Virus record (IMG/VR): IMGVR_UViG_2579778606_000002
Coordinates: 1 to 64,000 of that record
DNA: 64,000 nucleotides
Reading direction: 5' to 3' (one strand)
Source of the DNA: a virus
Lineage: Duplodnaviria; Heunggongvirae; Uroviricota; Caudoviricetes
In this document: in pieces, positions 53,401 to 62,379 of the stretch
Numbering within the stretch: position 1 is the first letter of the stretch
Layout: every line of letters begins with the position of its first letter
Program-made: the position numbers and the translations under genes
Notes under the pieces: generated by a model
What the model was told of the DNA's origin: nothing
What the model saw: the letters and a program-made list of their open reading frames with translations, nothing else
The model's database searches: none

Positions 53401-54343
53401 ATGCCTTTGCTGAACCGGGCGCGTTATCTGGAGTCTTCCTTTCATTGTCAGGTGCCGGGTAAGTAATGGCGGGGGCTTTCGCGACCACCGGTGCGCCAGC
53501 CGCCTTGTCGTTGCCATTATCTATCCATTCTTTCAATGATTTAGCCTTGCCTGTAATCTCGCGGCTGATATCAAATACGCCCCGTGCTGCCATCCATAGT
53601 GGACCACCAGCCCCTACCCCGGCAACATCGGTTACAGCTCCATCGTCGGCTTTCCCTGAACCATCAACCCCCATAATGGAACCGAGTTTTCGCAGGAACC
53701 CAACCTGTAGTTTTGCCTGTGCGCGTAGCTCATTCTGGCGTGCGAGATCCTCGTTTTTTTTCTGAGAGGCAAATCGTCCGTTGCTATCCCGTAACGGTGC
53801 ACCAGCGATGCTCTGGTTTTCTCTAACTGGTTGTTCTTGCCTTGCAGGCTGAATGTCAGGAGTGAGCGATTGAATGCGCTCAGGTGATGACTTCGTGGCT
53901 TTGCCTTCAGCCATCGGTGCTGTTTTTGATTCCGAATGAGCGGTGCGGTGATCTGCTGCTGCTTTTTGCGGATTATCTATCTCGCTAGTGTTGTTTATAC
54001 GTAATCTCTGTTTCTTGGTAGGCAGCCGGTCTTTATACGGCCCCTGAATGAAACTGTTGCGTTGCGCCCCTGCTTTCTCTGTTCGGGACAGGCGACGACT
54101 TACGCGTCCTTGTGGTGCGTCGCTGGTTTCAGGATTGCGTCCGTAAGACTCAAGTGCTTTTATTATTTCTGAAAGCGCAGCTAGCTCTTTCGCGTTTGCC
54201 GTTTGTATTGCGTCGATTATCGCTATTCGGTCTTTTTTATCGTTCAAAATAACCTCACTTACATCGGCGGTGATCACCCTGTTTTTTTGGCGTGGGCTTT
54301 GTATTTCTCTTCCAGTGCTTTTTCCATATGGAGTGCCCGCCAC
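50480..54343 (-). CDS. sit: tape-measure-like protein (P1 Sit-like), 1287 aa, with low-complexity Gly/Lys-rich segment and possible C-terminal glycosidase-like region
   Basis: Very large tail-operon protein upstream of baseplate genes; KGKKGKNTSKP… low-complexity block. Confidence 0.55.
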   Translation of the reverse strand: MAGTPYGKSTGREIQSPRQKNRVITADVSEVILNDKKDRIAIIDAIQTANAKELAALSEIIKALESYGRNPETSDAPQGRVSRRLSRTEKAGAQRNSFIQGPYKDRLPTKKQRLRINNTSEIDNPQKAAADHRTAHSESKTAPMAEGKATKSSPERIQSLTPDIQPARQEQPVRENQSIAGAPLRDSNGRFASQKKNEDLARQNELRAQAKLQVGFLRKLGSIMGVDGSGKADDGAVTDVAGVGAGGPLWMAARGVFDISREITGKAKSLKEWIDNGNDKAAGAPVVAKAPAITYPAPDNERKTPDNAPGSAKAFTEAVKEKSVRAIEEQTKVLQRNDSQIIDELETVSEEIRKLRKSQESGLKLSDLLGGGRLRTKISPTRGRSSARGGNTGRTGDSKENKGKKGKNTSKPTETGRSQEGKEGKKNQPGKNNSAGEEKNRTKNAGGNEGSTSPKSSGDKSSVKTRAGKVTEESVAKTAAGGAAGKDAGKAATSAGESLTRKEAGKVAVVTGENIAKKEAGKVALKAAGGVAARAGFRAIPVIGQVAMVGYDAVDGYSDTEAQRATYNLKEGQDVTTQQKSAYAAANVLDMGGLVTGAANLIGEGMSALGFEGVGQKLQSLDTSNIARGINSSIDASKNAFSSLKESFSSSSEGTAQVKKAVEDGTKQTVAAINDLARQLQGGRRGEDGVGEHGYKSPDEFKAPEKNTITTDLNIGGSNAKNRNYRNNNLGNLVFANQEGAVLEAPNAKGEQRFARFNTPEEGIRALANQVSSYYNGTSAAAGYQKLQTVSSIISKWAPPTENNTNQYIENVSKYLGVSPNDKIDVSNPEVMTHLVRAIATKEGGNPAVNNNFIKTALGSFNAKTGRWEGQFNNETLEHINKIQKEKGGPLIARNSQYSVGSKVKYANGSSSAIPASSVAQAVMPSPTDVVQHAQAAKKPKAAQQENAQAISHAKASGNSSAAAGLTERLMSADGVGGVIAGIVGGDPNMGLNLGPASSPEEMSSLAAKAKQLDKFLVEKISRATGKNFSFQKAEPIADITTAIQQKRNVNRDTETIDLLPESPATISEKRATSTPAGVQIYDNGYKVVEGEDRGFFGSLFDSTVSGLNQVGSAVLPAVGDNLSRLVGGIDSTGMLNDFVLQSSGQNTDVARAISPLTRSVGGWLNGGIQKTADTIRDTTGAINQSLFASGVAAKEPFLAMPPQLPTVTDLARSGIRQMLTTDTANNDPAMLKALENVYSVLKEILGVSKDNRKGDQDKVVNTSQPQPRQRASTTINDPSLDKLLED

Positions 54344-54394
54344 TGCGGTAATTGTTCAACGTCACTAACTGGCTGGTAGCCGTATAACGTCAGG

Positions 54395-55345
54395 TTATTG
54401 ATAATGGTTAGCCATCCATTCAGATCTAATTGATGGGATAAACTCTCTATTGAGAAATGGGGCGTACAGCGTGGTAGTCACGTCTGCACCCTCCTTAGCG
54501 TTTTTGCAGCGTTGTGGCGGTAGGATCAGGCGGCTTGTGCCTCGTTCAATAGCCATTTTTAAGCCGTGGCGAAGGTCTTTCTGCATGAGCTGAATGCGAG
54601 CTACCAGAGGGGTAAACTCGGTTTCCAGTGCCATGTTTTCAATGATATCGAATCGTCTGTTTGCAGCTTGTGTGAAGTCTTCTGGATCGTCGTTCAGAGA
54701 TGTACACAAGGCCAACTCAGCTATGCGGAGACGAGCAACCTCAGCACTGTACTCTGGAGTTTTCATATCAGGCAAAGTGGCGCGCATACGTTCAAGCAAT
54801 TCAGCGCCTTTCCCTGTTAGCGGTTTAAGCGTCCACTCGGTTGGTACTCCGTTTATAGGGACCATAGTTTTAACAAACGGCGGGACAGTCAGGATTTCTA
54901 CCGTTTCGGCAAGGTCTGAAAGGTTAATATCTGCGTGATGAACGTTTCCACAGTGACCACACTCATATGAGTAAGTCATGACGGCATCAGGCCTGGAATT
55001 AACAAAGATCCACCAAAGCGCGGTTCTGCGATCCTGAACTGTCCAGTTTGAGCTGTCGCTAATTTCGCCATCTTGCATAGCGTTGAGGTATTCTGTTGTG
55101 GTTGCCTCGTCTTCTGCCGGATTGATGTCTGAATATTTCAGGGCATCTTTCACAGTAGGTGCATGAAACTGAATTTCTATTTCAGGCTGTGAAGGCAATG
55201 GGAATTTGGGAATGTTCAAGGATTCCTCCAGAAAAGTCGGTACTCGTTTGGCTGGAGGATAGGGAGTGTGTGATTTTGACTTTAACCTATTTATCCACAG
55301 GGTAGATCCAATAAATAGATCCCAAAGAGAACCAGTAAGATCCAA
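54395..55345 (-). CDS. hypothetical protein with CGHCG zinc-ribbon-like motif; annotated N-terminus overlaps origin elements so true start is probably internal
   Basis: 316-aa ORF; ECGHCGNVHH; 5' end overlaps DnaA box/GATC cluster. Confidence 0.35.
   Translation of the reverse strand: MDLTGSLWDLFIGSTLWINRLKSKSHTPYPPAKRVPTFLEESLNIPKFPLPSQPEIEIQFHAPTVKDALKYSDINPAEDEATTTEYLNAMQDGEISDSSNWTVQDRRTALWWIFVNSRPDAVMTYSYECGHCGNVHHADINLSDLAETVEILTVPPFVKTMVPINGVPTEWTLKPLTGKGAELLERMRATLPDMKTPEYSAEVARLRIAELALCTSLNDDPEDFTQAANRRFDIIENMALETEFTPLVARIQLMQKDLRHGLKMAIERGTSRLILPPQRCKNAKEGADVTTTLYAPFLNREFIPSIRSEWMANHYQ
55291..55299 (+). promoter_or_regulatory. DnaA box TTATCCACA
   Basis: Exact consensus 9-mer adjacent to GATC heptamer cluster and iterons. 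Confidence 0.6.
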
Positions 55346-55360
55346 AGAAGATCCCGGATC
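55305..55360. repeat. five GATC-containing heptamer repeats (AGATCCA/AGATCCC/GGATCGC), Dam-methylation cluster of replication origin
   Basis: GATC at 55305, 55318, 55339, 55350, 55357. Confidence 0.6.
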
Positions 55361-55397
55361 GCTGCGAGCCGCGCCATCACTGGCCTAAATGGCGATC

Positions 55398-55502
55398 AAC
55401 ATTGACTATGTGCGATTTAATGTTGACTATGTGCGATTTAATATTGACTGTACGCGATTTAATGTTGACTATATGCGATATAAACATTGACTGTATGCGA
55501 TA
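55398..55502 (+). repeat. five tandem ~21-bp iterons (consensus AATGTTGACTATGTGCGATTT), incC/oriR-like
   Basis: Direct repeats read from sequence, immediately upstream of repA. Confidence 0.8.
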
Positions 55503-55581
55503 ATTCTCTCAGCCGTCAGACGGCTGTGGATAAGTATCTTTCATTTGGCTATAAAGCCCCGTCAATCAAGGAAATAACAGG

Positions 55582-56466
55582 ATGGTAGATGACAAAAAAG
55601 GCTTTCTGAATGTTGAGGAAATATCAGGGAATACCGGAGAAATCCACAGCTTAAAGCCTAACAATAATAGTACTATTCAGCCGATAGCTTTGTTGCGGCT
55701 TGGGGTGTTTGTTCCCACATTGAAATCTACCAGTGTTGCTTTACGTCGCAAGAACGCCGGTTTAACTAACTCCACTGATGCGACAGAAGAGCTGTCCAGC
55801 CTGAAGATTGTAGAGCAGGAAGGGTATCAGGGTATTGAGATTCATGGTCCACGCCTGGATATGGATACTGATTTTAAGGTGTGGATAGGCATTACATCTG
55901 CATTGTTTGACTATAAACCAGATAATGATGGTGTGATCACCCTGACATTCTCTGAATTTGTGGATCGTTGCGGTTATCCAAGGAAGCGGCTGTCCAAGGC
56001 TTTTCGCAAGAGCATTGGCGACTCTCTAACGCGTATTCAGCAGACGTTGCTGAAGTTCAACTTGCCCACCAGCAAAGAACATGTTCGTTATATCCAGATG
56101 AATTTATTGGCATTTAGTGAACTTGATACTGAAAATGACATTATAAGAATCCAACCGCAGAAGCAGTTGTCTGAGTTGTACTACGTTGACTATAAGCGAA
56201 TATTGAAGCTCAAAATGCTCGATAAACTTGGCAGGAAAGAGACAGCCAAGGTGCTTTATACGTTTTTCGAAGCGTTACCTTCAAACCCTGCGCCAGTGAG
56301 TATTGAGCGCCTTCGTGCCAGATTGAACCTCAAGTCCTCGGTTAGCGTTCAGAACAGTGTGATTCGTAAAGCCATGAAAGACTTAGAAGCTGTTGAATAT
56401 CTTAAATTTTCAGAGATAAAGAATGGTCGGAAAATAGGTTTCCAGATCCATAAACGAAATCCATAA
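55582..56466 (+). CDS. repA: plasmid replication initiator RepA (iteron-binding, Rep_3-like)
   Basis: 294 aa (P1 RepA 286 aa); flanked on both sides by iteron arrays. Confidence 0.7.
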   Translation: MVDDKKGFLNVEEISGNTGEIHSLKPNNNSTIQPIALLRLGVFVPTLKSTSVALRRKNAGLTNSTDATEELSSLKIVEQEGYQGIEIHGPRLDMDTDFKVWIGITSALFDYKPDNDGVITLTFSEFVDRCGYPRKRLSKAFRKSIGDSLTRIQQTLLKFNLPTSKEHVRYIQMNLLAFSELDTENDIIRIQPQKQLSELYYVDYKRILKLKMLDKLGRKETAKVLYTFFEALPSNPAPVSIERLRARLNLKSSVSVQNSVIRKAMKDLEAVEYLKFSEIKNGRKIGFQIHKRNP

Positions 56467-56697
56467 CGTTGACTGTGTGCGATTCTAAGCGTTGACTATA
56501 CGCGACAAACATTGGCGCAGGCGGATTTAGTTATTAGCTTTTTCACATGATCAATGGATAAACCAGCTATTTTATTGAGTATTTGTCGCTTATAGTCAAT
56601 CTTTTCTCATTTCTTGTCGCGTGTAGTCAATGTTTTGTGATCGGGATCGAGTACAGTCAACATTAGTTGTAGGCCATTTCGCCTATAGTCAACATTT
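56466..56697. repeat. second iteron array (incA-like): two direct copies then four inverted copies of TTGACT(A/G)T(A/G)(C/G)GCGA-type iteron
   Basis: Copies at about 56466, 56489 (direct) and 56586, 56617, 56647, 56679 (inverted). Confidence 0.7.
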
Positions 56698-56988
56698 CTC
56701 CATCAGCAGTCTTAAGGGCAATTCTTACATCATTAGTTAGTTGGTTGGATCTTTAACGGCTAACATTATTTGTAATTTATTGATTAATAAGGAATGTGTA
56801 AAAATCAACCTCAGATGGCATCGTATGCTATAGCTATTTTTATAGCACTACTGTTGAATGTTTTATGGTTGTAACGCGTTGATTTTGTTGTGATGTGTAA
56901 AAAATGCCATCATTGACGTAAACAGCAGGTGTAGATATTGCCCTCAAGTTTGCCCCTTCCCCACCTTCTCGCACTTTAATACTACATT

Positions 56989-57726
56989 TCAAAACTTGAT
57001 CACGTTGCTGGCGGCGCTTTTAAGTGCGCTTGTTGCTAAACCAGCAGCTCCATTGACTAATGCGGACAGGCCTGAACCAGCAGATGTGTATCGCTGGAAC
57101 GTGATCGGATAGGACAAGAATTCGGACACCTGATCACGTGAGCGGCTGATCTCTCCTATCTGAGTCGGAAATACACGCATTTCCTCTTCCAGCTCTTTCC
57201 CGCCTTCCTGTGTAACGCGGTATAGCCTGATATTCATGAGATAATCTGGCGGCAGGTTTAGCGTACCATCGCTATTGGTTACACGGGCGCGGCGCTCCTT
57301 GAACCAATTCATTATTTTGCCGTCTTCTGTGTCTCTGACCGTCATTGTTACCGGTCCGGCGGTTACGTGCGTTGGCTTATTGAACTCGACGCTACCAATG
57401 ATTTTGCTTTCTGTTTCAATATTCCCGCTACTGTAAGTTATGTCCTTAACGAACATATCAAAGCCGCTTAATCCGTCTACGTCTACCGTCCACTGCCAGC
57501 CCTGGGCATAGCGGATACGCATAGCCGTAGCAACTACGTTCTTTCCGTAAGCGATGTCATTGCCGTAGCTCCCACTAACGCCACTGCCAGACACCGCTCT
57601 ATCCAGAATGTCGCTGATAAGGTTGCTGGTGAACGATTTCGCGCTAAACGATACCGCACTGGATAGCGTTTGCGTTGCAGCACTAAAAATACTCACGTAG
57701 CCCTCCGTGTTAAAAAATGGTGGCAC
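56989..57726 (-). CDS. hypothetical phage protein, 245 aa
   Basis: ORF in minus-strand morphogenesis operon. Confidence 0.4.
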   Translation of the reverse strand: MPPFFNTEGYVSIFSAATQTLSSAVSFSAKSFTSNLISDILDRAVSGSGVSGSYGNDIAYGKNVVATAMRIRYAQGWQWTVDVDGLSGFDMFVKDITYSSGNIETESKIIGSVEFNKPTHVTAGPVTMTVRDTEDGKIMNWFKERRARVTNSDGTLNLPPDYLMNIRLYRVTQEGGKELEEEMRVFPTQIGEISRSRDQVSEFLSYPITFQRYTSAGSGLSALVNGAAGLATSALKSAASNVIKF

Positions 57727-58261
57727 CAGGGATAATGGCCCGGTTGGCTGCCATTTTTTCTTCTATCTCCTGAACACGCGCGTAGAGCGTCGCCTCATCA
57801 GGAAGATCGGAGTAATCAAACTTGCCATCAATTGACGCCCTTCGCTGGCGGGCAACGTTGCGGACATTGATTAGTGCTTCAAGATATTCCTCAAGCATTC
57901 CGATAATCGCAGGTGGAACTTGCCACTCATCCAGGTTGCGATCGCGGAGATTTACAAGGTATTGCATCTTGAAAGGCCAGCGTTCAGAACCGGTAAGCTC
58001 AAGTTCGACAAAACCGGCAATCTCGTCGGCGTAAACCAGAAGTCCGTTGTGGTCAGTGACGTGGACCAGAGACAGATAATCATCCGGAACAGGGATCGCC
58101 GTACCGTCTGCTTTCTCCAGCTTTAATGCCTTCACTACTCCCGCTCTGTCCTGGTAAGTAGTCAATGCTTTGATCAGGAATGCTTTCAGTGTCTCCTCTT
58201 CCCGTACAAGAAGAGGATTGAATCGCGCTTTAACGCTTTCTAATAGTTCAGAAGGTGTCAT
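57710..58261 (-). CDS. hypothetical phage protein, 183 aa
   Basis: ORF in operon. Confidence 0.4.
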   Translation of the reverse strand: MTPSELLESVKARFNPLLVREEETLKAFLIKALTTYQDRAGVVKALKLEKADGTAIPVPDDYLSLVHVTDHNGLLVYADEIAGFVELELTGSERWPFKMQYLVNLRDRNLDEWQVPPAIIGMLEEYLEALINVRNVARQRRASIDGKFDYSDLPDEATLYARVQEIEEKMAANRAIIPGATIF

Positions 58262-58312
58262 AGATGCTCCGGACGGAGGGGGATAACCCCGCTCTTTTGA
58301 GCGGGATCGGTA

Positions 58313-58804
58313 TTACTCAACCCAGTTGTACACAATACGCAGGGTCGGTCTGACAACCGCCGTTACATCTTCTGATGAGAAATCAACGGCATCGGAATAC
58401 ACTTTGCAGTGTGAGTAAGTACGTGACAGACCTTTGCTGTCACCGCTGTTAGATTCAGCGGCAGCCTGGAAAGAGATATCCAGATATTTCTTCTGATAAA
58501 CCATCTCTTTGACGGCAGCGAGTACAACACCTTCAATCGTCTCCGCACAGGTAACCTGAAATTCACCTGAGTTACGCAGCGGACCGTGTTGGTTGAACTT
58601 CATACCGCCTGGTGCGTAATCTTCTACGTCTTCACGCGTCATTTCCGGTAACTGCGCAGTGCGGATCAGCACTGACAGATTTTCGTATCCCTTAATGGTC
58701 ATCCAGTATTCAGTGCCAATTAATTTTTCGCCTGCTGCCAAGTTCTTGTTGAATCTGGCTTTCAGGAAGGCGAGATCGGCTTTTGTGTTTGAAAAACCGG
58801 CCAT
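58313..58804 (-). CDS. hypothetical structural protein, 163 aa (possible tail tube)
   Basis: Size and position downstream of sheath gene; no diagnostic motif. Confidence 0.35.
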   Translation of the reverse strand: MAGFSNTKADLAFLKARFNKNLAAGEKLIGTEYWMTIKGYENLSVLIRTAQLPEMTREDVEDYAPGGMKFNQHGPLRNSGEFQVTCAETIEGVVLAAVKEMVYQKKYLDISFQAAAESNSGDSKGLSRTYSHCKVYSDAVDFSSEDVTAVVRPTLRIVYNWVE

Positions 58805-58812
58805 AATTACTC

Positions 58813-59430
58813 CTAAACAAAAACAGATGAGATATTGCTGCGGTTAATAGATGTGTTGCCACTGCATTGCAGAGTGACCGTGTTGTGGGTGAAATAGCCT
58901 TCCGATGTGCGCGGGGCGTCAAGCTGATAGCTGACGCTTTTGATCACAACGTTCGTTAACATCACGTTCCTGCCGATATTTATCGTTACGGCCTCCGGGA
59001 CTCGACCAAAAGGCGTAATGTCGTTTAGTTCTGGCGATGCCATTTTCAGCAACGTCGTGATGGCGTCATTCACCTCAATTTTTGCGCTGGATGTAGCTAA
59101 AAAATCCAGGACAAGGGTAAATTCCGGCGGTTGTTGCCCTTCCCACACGAGGGTGGAGTTGAACCGGCTTTTACTCGTGTACCCTGATAATGTCTGCACG
59201 ATGCCTGCAAGAGATGATGCAGCCTCGCTAATAGCGCCTAACATGCTGCCCATCGCTTTATCTTCAAATGGCGACTGCCACAGAGACGATAGTTCGGCAG
59301 AGGAACCTTCGCCGATATATCCGACTACCATATCCTCACTTGACTTGATGTAGGCTTTCATTAGCGGGCTTATGCCGTCTGCCATGATCGCGCCGCAAAT
59401 CACTGCTATTTCTCCCAAACAGGCCACCAT
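58813..59430 (-). CDS. hypothetical phage protein, 205 aa
   Basis: ORF in operon. Confidence 0.4.
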   Translation of the reverse strand: MVACLGEIAVICGAIMADGISPLMKAYIKSSEDMVVGYIGEGSSAELSSLWQSPFEDKAMGSMLGAISEAASSLAGIVQTLSGYTSKSRFNSTLVWEGQQPPEFTLVLDFLATSSAKIEVNDAITTLLKMASPELNDITPFGRVPEAVTINIGRNVMLTNVVIKSVSYQLDAPRTSEGYFTHNTVTLQCSGNTSINRSNISSVFV

Positions 59431-59448
59431 TACAGGTGGCTTACATCA

Positions 59449-60195
59449 TTACAGACCGCGTTTTTTGCGAATGCGGATAGACTTACGGCGGCGAGTGTTA
59501 GCTATCGACGTATGTGCCTTACGGCGAGCTTTTTTCAGCGCCTGCTTTTGTAAGGACGTCATGCGACGCGGGCGCGGGCGTTTGCGGATGATAGTAACCT
59601 TGCCATCACGAACGACTTTTTTGCTGACAGCTTCGAGCATTGCTGCATTGCCACCAGCAACGGTGTAAATCGCAATGGCTTCTTCCATCATTTCACTATC
59701 GCTTTCTGACAGTGCGTCAAATACGCGTTCTGCTGCCGCGTCATCTTCGTCATCGATCATCTCGGTGACGTCGTCCTGATCAGCGCCCAGGGCCACAGCC
59801 GCGTTAGCCAACGCCGCGAGTGCGTCGTTATATGCGTCAACCTGTTCGTCGGTCAGTTCCGTGTCTTCGTCAATGTCGGCCAGGCCAGCCATTGTGATTG
59901 CCAGCGCATCAAATGAATCCGCTTCAGGGTCGCCATCTTCTACCCAGCTCGCCAGCATTGAAGCTGCCAGACTGCGGATGTCACTTTGTGCACGGGATTC
60001 CACCGCTTCCATCATTGCGGCTTCGATATCCGCGCCATCTGTTCCATTCTTGGCACTTTCCAGGATGGCGTTATCGCCACTTTCAAAACAACCAGAATCT
60101 TTGGCGCTTTCCAGTATGGCTGTATCTGCGTTATCGGCTGTTTTGCCTGCAAATAGCGCGCGCATGAATGGATCAACAACAGAATAGTTTTTCAT
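59449..60195 (-). CDS. acidic Ala/Asp/Glu-rich protein with strongly basic C-terminal tail (RKRPRPRR…RRRKSIRIRKKRGL)
   Basis: Compositional bias read directly; internal short repeat TAILESAKD / NAILESAKN. Confidence 0.4.
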   Translation of the reverse strand: MKNYSVVDPFMRALFAGKTADNADTAILESAKDSGCFESGDNAILESAKNGTDGADIEAAMMEAVESRAQSDIRSLAASMLASWVEDGDPEADSFDALAITMAGLADIDEDTELTDEQVDAYNDALAALANAAVALGADQDDVTEMIDDEDDAAAERVFDALSESDSEMMEEAIAIYTVAGGNAAMLEAVSKKVVRDGKVTIIRKRPRPRRMTSLQKQALKKARRKAHTSIANTRRRKSIRIRKKRGL

Positions 60196-60238
60196 TAGGA
60201 AACCTCATTCATCCCCGCGTTTCAGCGGGGAAGATAAA

Positions 60239-61894
60239 TCAACGCATCAGGATTGGTTTGCCGAGGATTCGACGGGCAGTGCCTGTTGGGCACACGGACC
60301 ATTCCACTTCCCACAAGTCGATGTCTTTTTGAGTTACCTTGACCACATAAGGGTCAGAACCTTGAGATTCATCGCGTGGTGTAACCAGCGCACCAGCCGC
60401 ATAAAAACGGTCCAGAAGATCTGTCAGTGCGTTAGTCAGACTTTCCTGCGTAACGCCATCAGGTTCATGCTTGATTGCCTGAGCAACTTCATAGAAATTG
60501 CGGGCAATTGCATTCATCAGTGATGAAACGTGCTGGAATCGCAGATAGTTATTTTTGCTGTATGTCGTCAGGGAGTCGTCGATGTAGACAGAACCATCCG
60601 CTGCAACGCTTACAGGGTTAATACGAGCGGTCACATACGCTTCACGATCGATTGTGCCAATTCCGGAGAGTCTGGTGATGTTCTGGCGATCAATGATTGC
60701 CCGAGACAGACCAGCCGGGGCGTAATGCCAGCCGCCTACATCAGACACAAGCGCAACGCCTTTCGCTTTTGCCACGAACGCATCACAACTGATTCCGTAA
60801 ACCACATTCATACCGCTGAAAGTGTCACGGCATGAGTACGGGAAGTGATAACGTGCAGCCTGGTGGGATTTGCCGAAACCATGTGATTTAGCTTCTGCGA
60901 TAGCGTTTTCACCAGTCTGAGCACATTTCAGGTCGTAGAACATATCCACGCGAACGTCTTCTGCCAGCGTATTGATTTTTGCCAGCACGGATGCGTCGTA
61001 GCAGCCCAGAGAAAGCAGCGCGGTATAATTAACTTCTGACGCTTCGAGAACCTCTAACGCTTTCAGATAATCATCAGCGTCAATTGAGGACAGATCGCCA
61101 TCTGTACCGCCTTCAAACGCTACATCTTCGAAAGTCAGCAAGTGAGCGGAGTCTTCGGCACCATCAGCCAGTACAGCTCCAAGCCTGGAGGACTGACTTT
61201 CTAACAACGCAGGAATCCATGCTGGCTGGCCCATATCGTTCGTTGCATCCGGATCGAAAGAAACCTGGTAGCTTTCCAAAGTTTCTACAGAACCATCGGT
61301 CTGTGTCTCTTTCAGTTCCAGAGTGAACAGGTCATTTTCTTCGTCCTCACGGGTCAGTGATAACGTGCGGTTTGTCGAAGCATCACCGTCCTTTATGTAG
61401 AAAATAGCCAGTTCACTGCCGGAAATTTCAGGTGTTTCGCTTGCAGCGAAAGTTACCGGAGAAGTGGCTCCAGAAACGGCACGAACGGTCAGTGTATCGC
61501 CGATATTTACCGTTGCTTCGGTCGGAGCAATTTGCAGAGTTTTTGCTGACTTGGTGCTTTTCGACCTGGCCTGAACAGAAACGGCAATGCCCGGTACTTT
61601 CATGTCTTTTGCGCATACGCGAACCACATAACCGGTGCCGCCTTTTACTGCGCGTTCAACGTGGCGATATGGTTCAAATGCGGCCCCGGTGCGCGGGTGA
61701 AGAGGTGAACCTAACACGCTCTGATAGTTGGCTGCTGTAACCTGCAAAACCTTGCCTGGTGCTCCTCTGCGGGAAATCACCAGCCCGGCAAAGACGGAAG
61801 CACCGCCAGATGTGTTGGACAGAATAGCATCGGCGTTTACGTCCGCTACCGCAACGCCCGCCGCCTGACCAACAGAAAAACCAATTTTATTCAT
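60239..61894 (-). CDS. tail sheath protein (P1 gp22-like)
   Basis: 551 aa; C-terminal region resembles contractile sheath family; adjacent to capsid-like gene as in P1 22-23. Confidence 0.55.
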   Translation of the reverse strand: MNKIGFSVGQAAGVAVADVNADAILSNTSGGASVFAGLVISRRGAPGKVLQVTAANYQSVLGSPLHPRTGAAFEPYRHVERAVKGGTGYVVRVCAKDMKVPGIAVSVQARSKSTKSAKTLQIAPTEATVNIGDTLTVRAVSGATSPVTFAASETPEISGSELAIFYIKDGDASTNRTLSLTREDEENDLFTLELKETQTDGSVETLESYQVSFDPDATNDMGQPAWIPALLESQSSRLGAVLADGAEDSAHLLTFEDVAFEGGTDGDLSSIDADDYLKALEVLEASEVNYTALLSLGCYDASVLAKINTLAEDVRVDMFYDLKCAQTGENAIAEAKSHGFGKSHQAARYHFPYSCRDTFSGMNVVYGISCDAFVAKAKGVALVSDVGGWHYAPAGLSRAIIDRQNITRLSGIGTIDREAYVTARINPVSVAADGSVYIDDSLTTYSKNNYLRFQHVSSLMNAIARNFYEVAQAIKHEPDGVTQESLTNALTDLLDRFYAAGALVTPRDESQGSDPYVVKVTQKDIDLWEVEWSVCPTGTARRILGKPILMR

Positions 61895-61959
61895 GCTGCT
61901 CTTTTCCTCTTTATCGAGCGGATGAGAGAAGTCTCCCCATTAGCATGGGGAGACTTTTA

Positions 61960-62250
61960 TCAGGCTTCGCCGACCGTGAATCTGTCACCTACCGTCACTT
62001 CTTTGGTTGACGGTTCAACGCTGACGGCGCTTACCTTCTTTGTGGCTTCATTAACCGTTACGGTGCATGTTGCCGTTTTATTGCCATCGGTGGTCTTGAT
62101 AGTGAGCACAGCCTGACCTGCTTTAAGTGCGGTACAGGTTTTGCCATCTACGCTCACAATGTCCGGATGATCTGACTCGATAGTGAAAGATTTATCTGTC
62201 GCATCGGAAGGTGTAATAGTTACCTGAATATCAGCCATTTTTTCCTCCAT
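61960..62250 (-). CDS. Ig-like (Big_2-type) domain protein, 96 aa
   Basis: Thr/Val-rich beta-strand pattern SVDGKTCTALKAGQAVLTIKTTDGNKTATCTVTV. Confidence 0.4.
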   Translation of the reverse strand: MEEKMADIQVTITPSDATDKSFTIESDHPDIVSVDGKTCTALKAGQAVLTIKTTDGNKTATCTVTVNEATKKVSAVSVEPSTKEVTVGDRFTVGEA

Positions 62251-62379
62251 ATAGCCCCCTATTCAGGGGCTGGTCTTACTTCTTTTTGGGTGTTTTTCGT
62301 GTCTTTGAAGTGCTTGCGGCGATAGTTTCACCTTCGTTTACTTCAATTGCCGTTGGTGAAACTGACACGTTCGCCACTG

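Noticed and set aside
55398-55502. Regularly spaced 21-bp direct repeats that could be mistaken for a CRISPR array
   Set aside because: Repeats are contiguous with no unique spacers, only five copies, no cas genes, and they flank a RepA-type initiator next to a DnaA box: iterons, not CRISPR.
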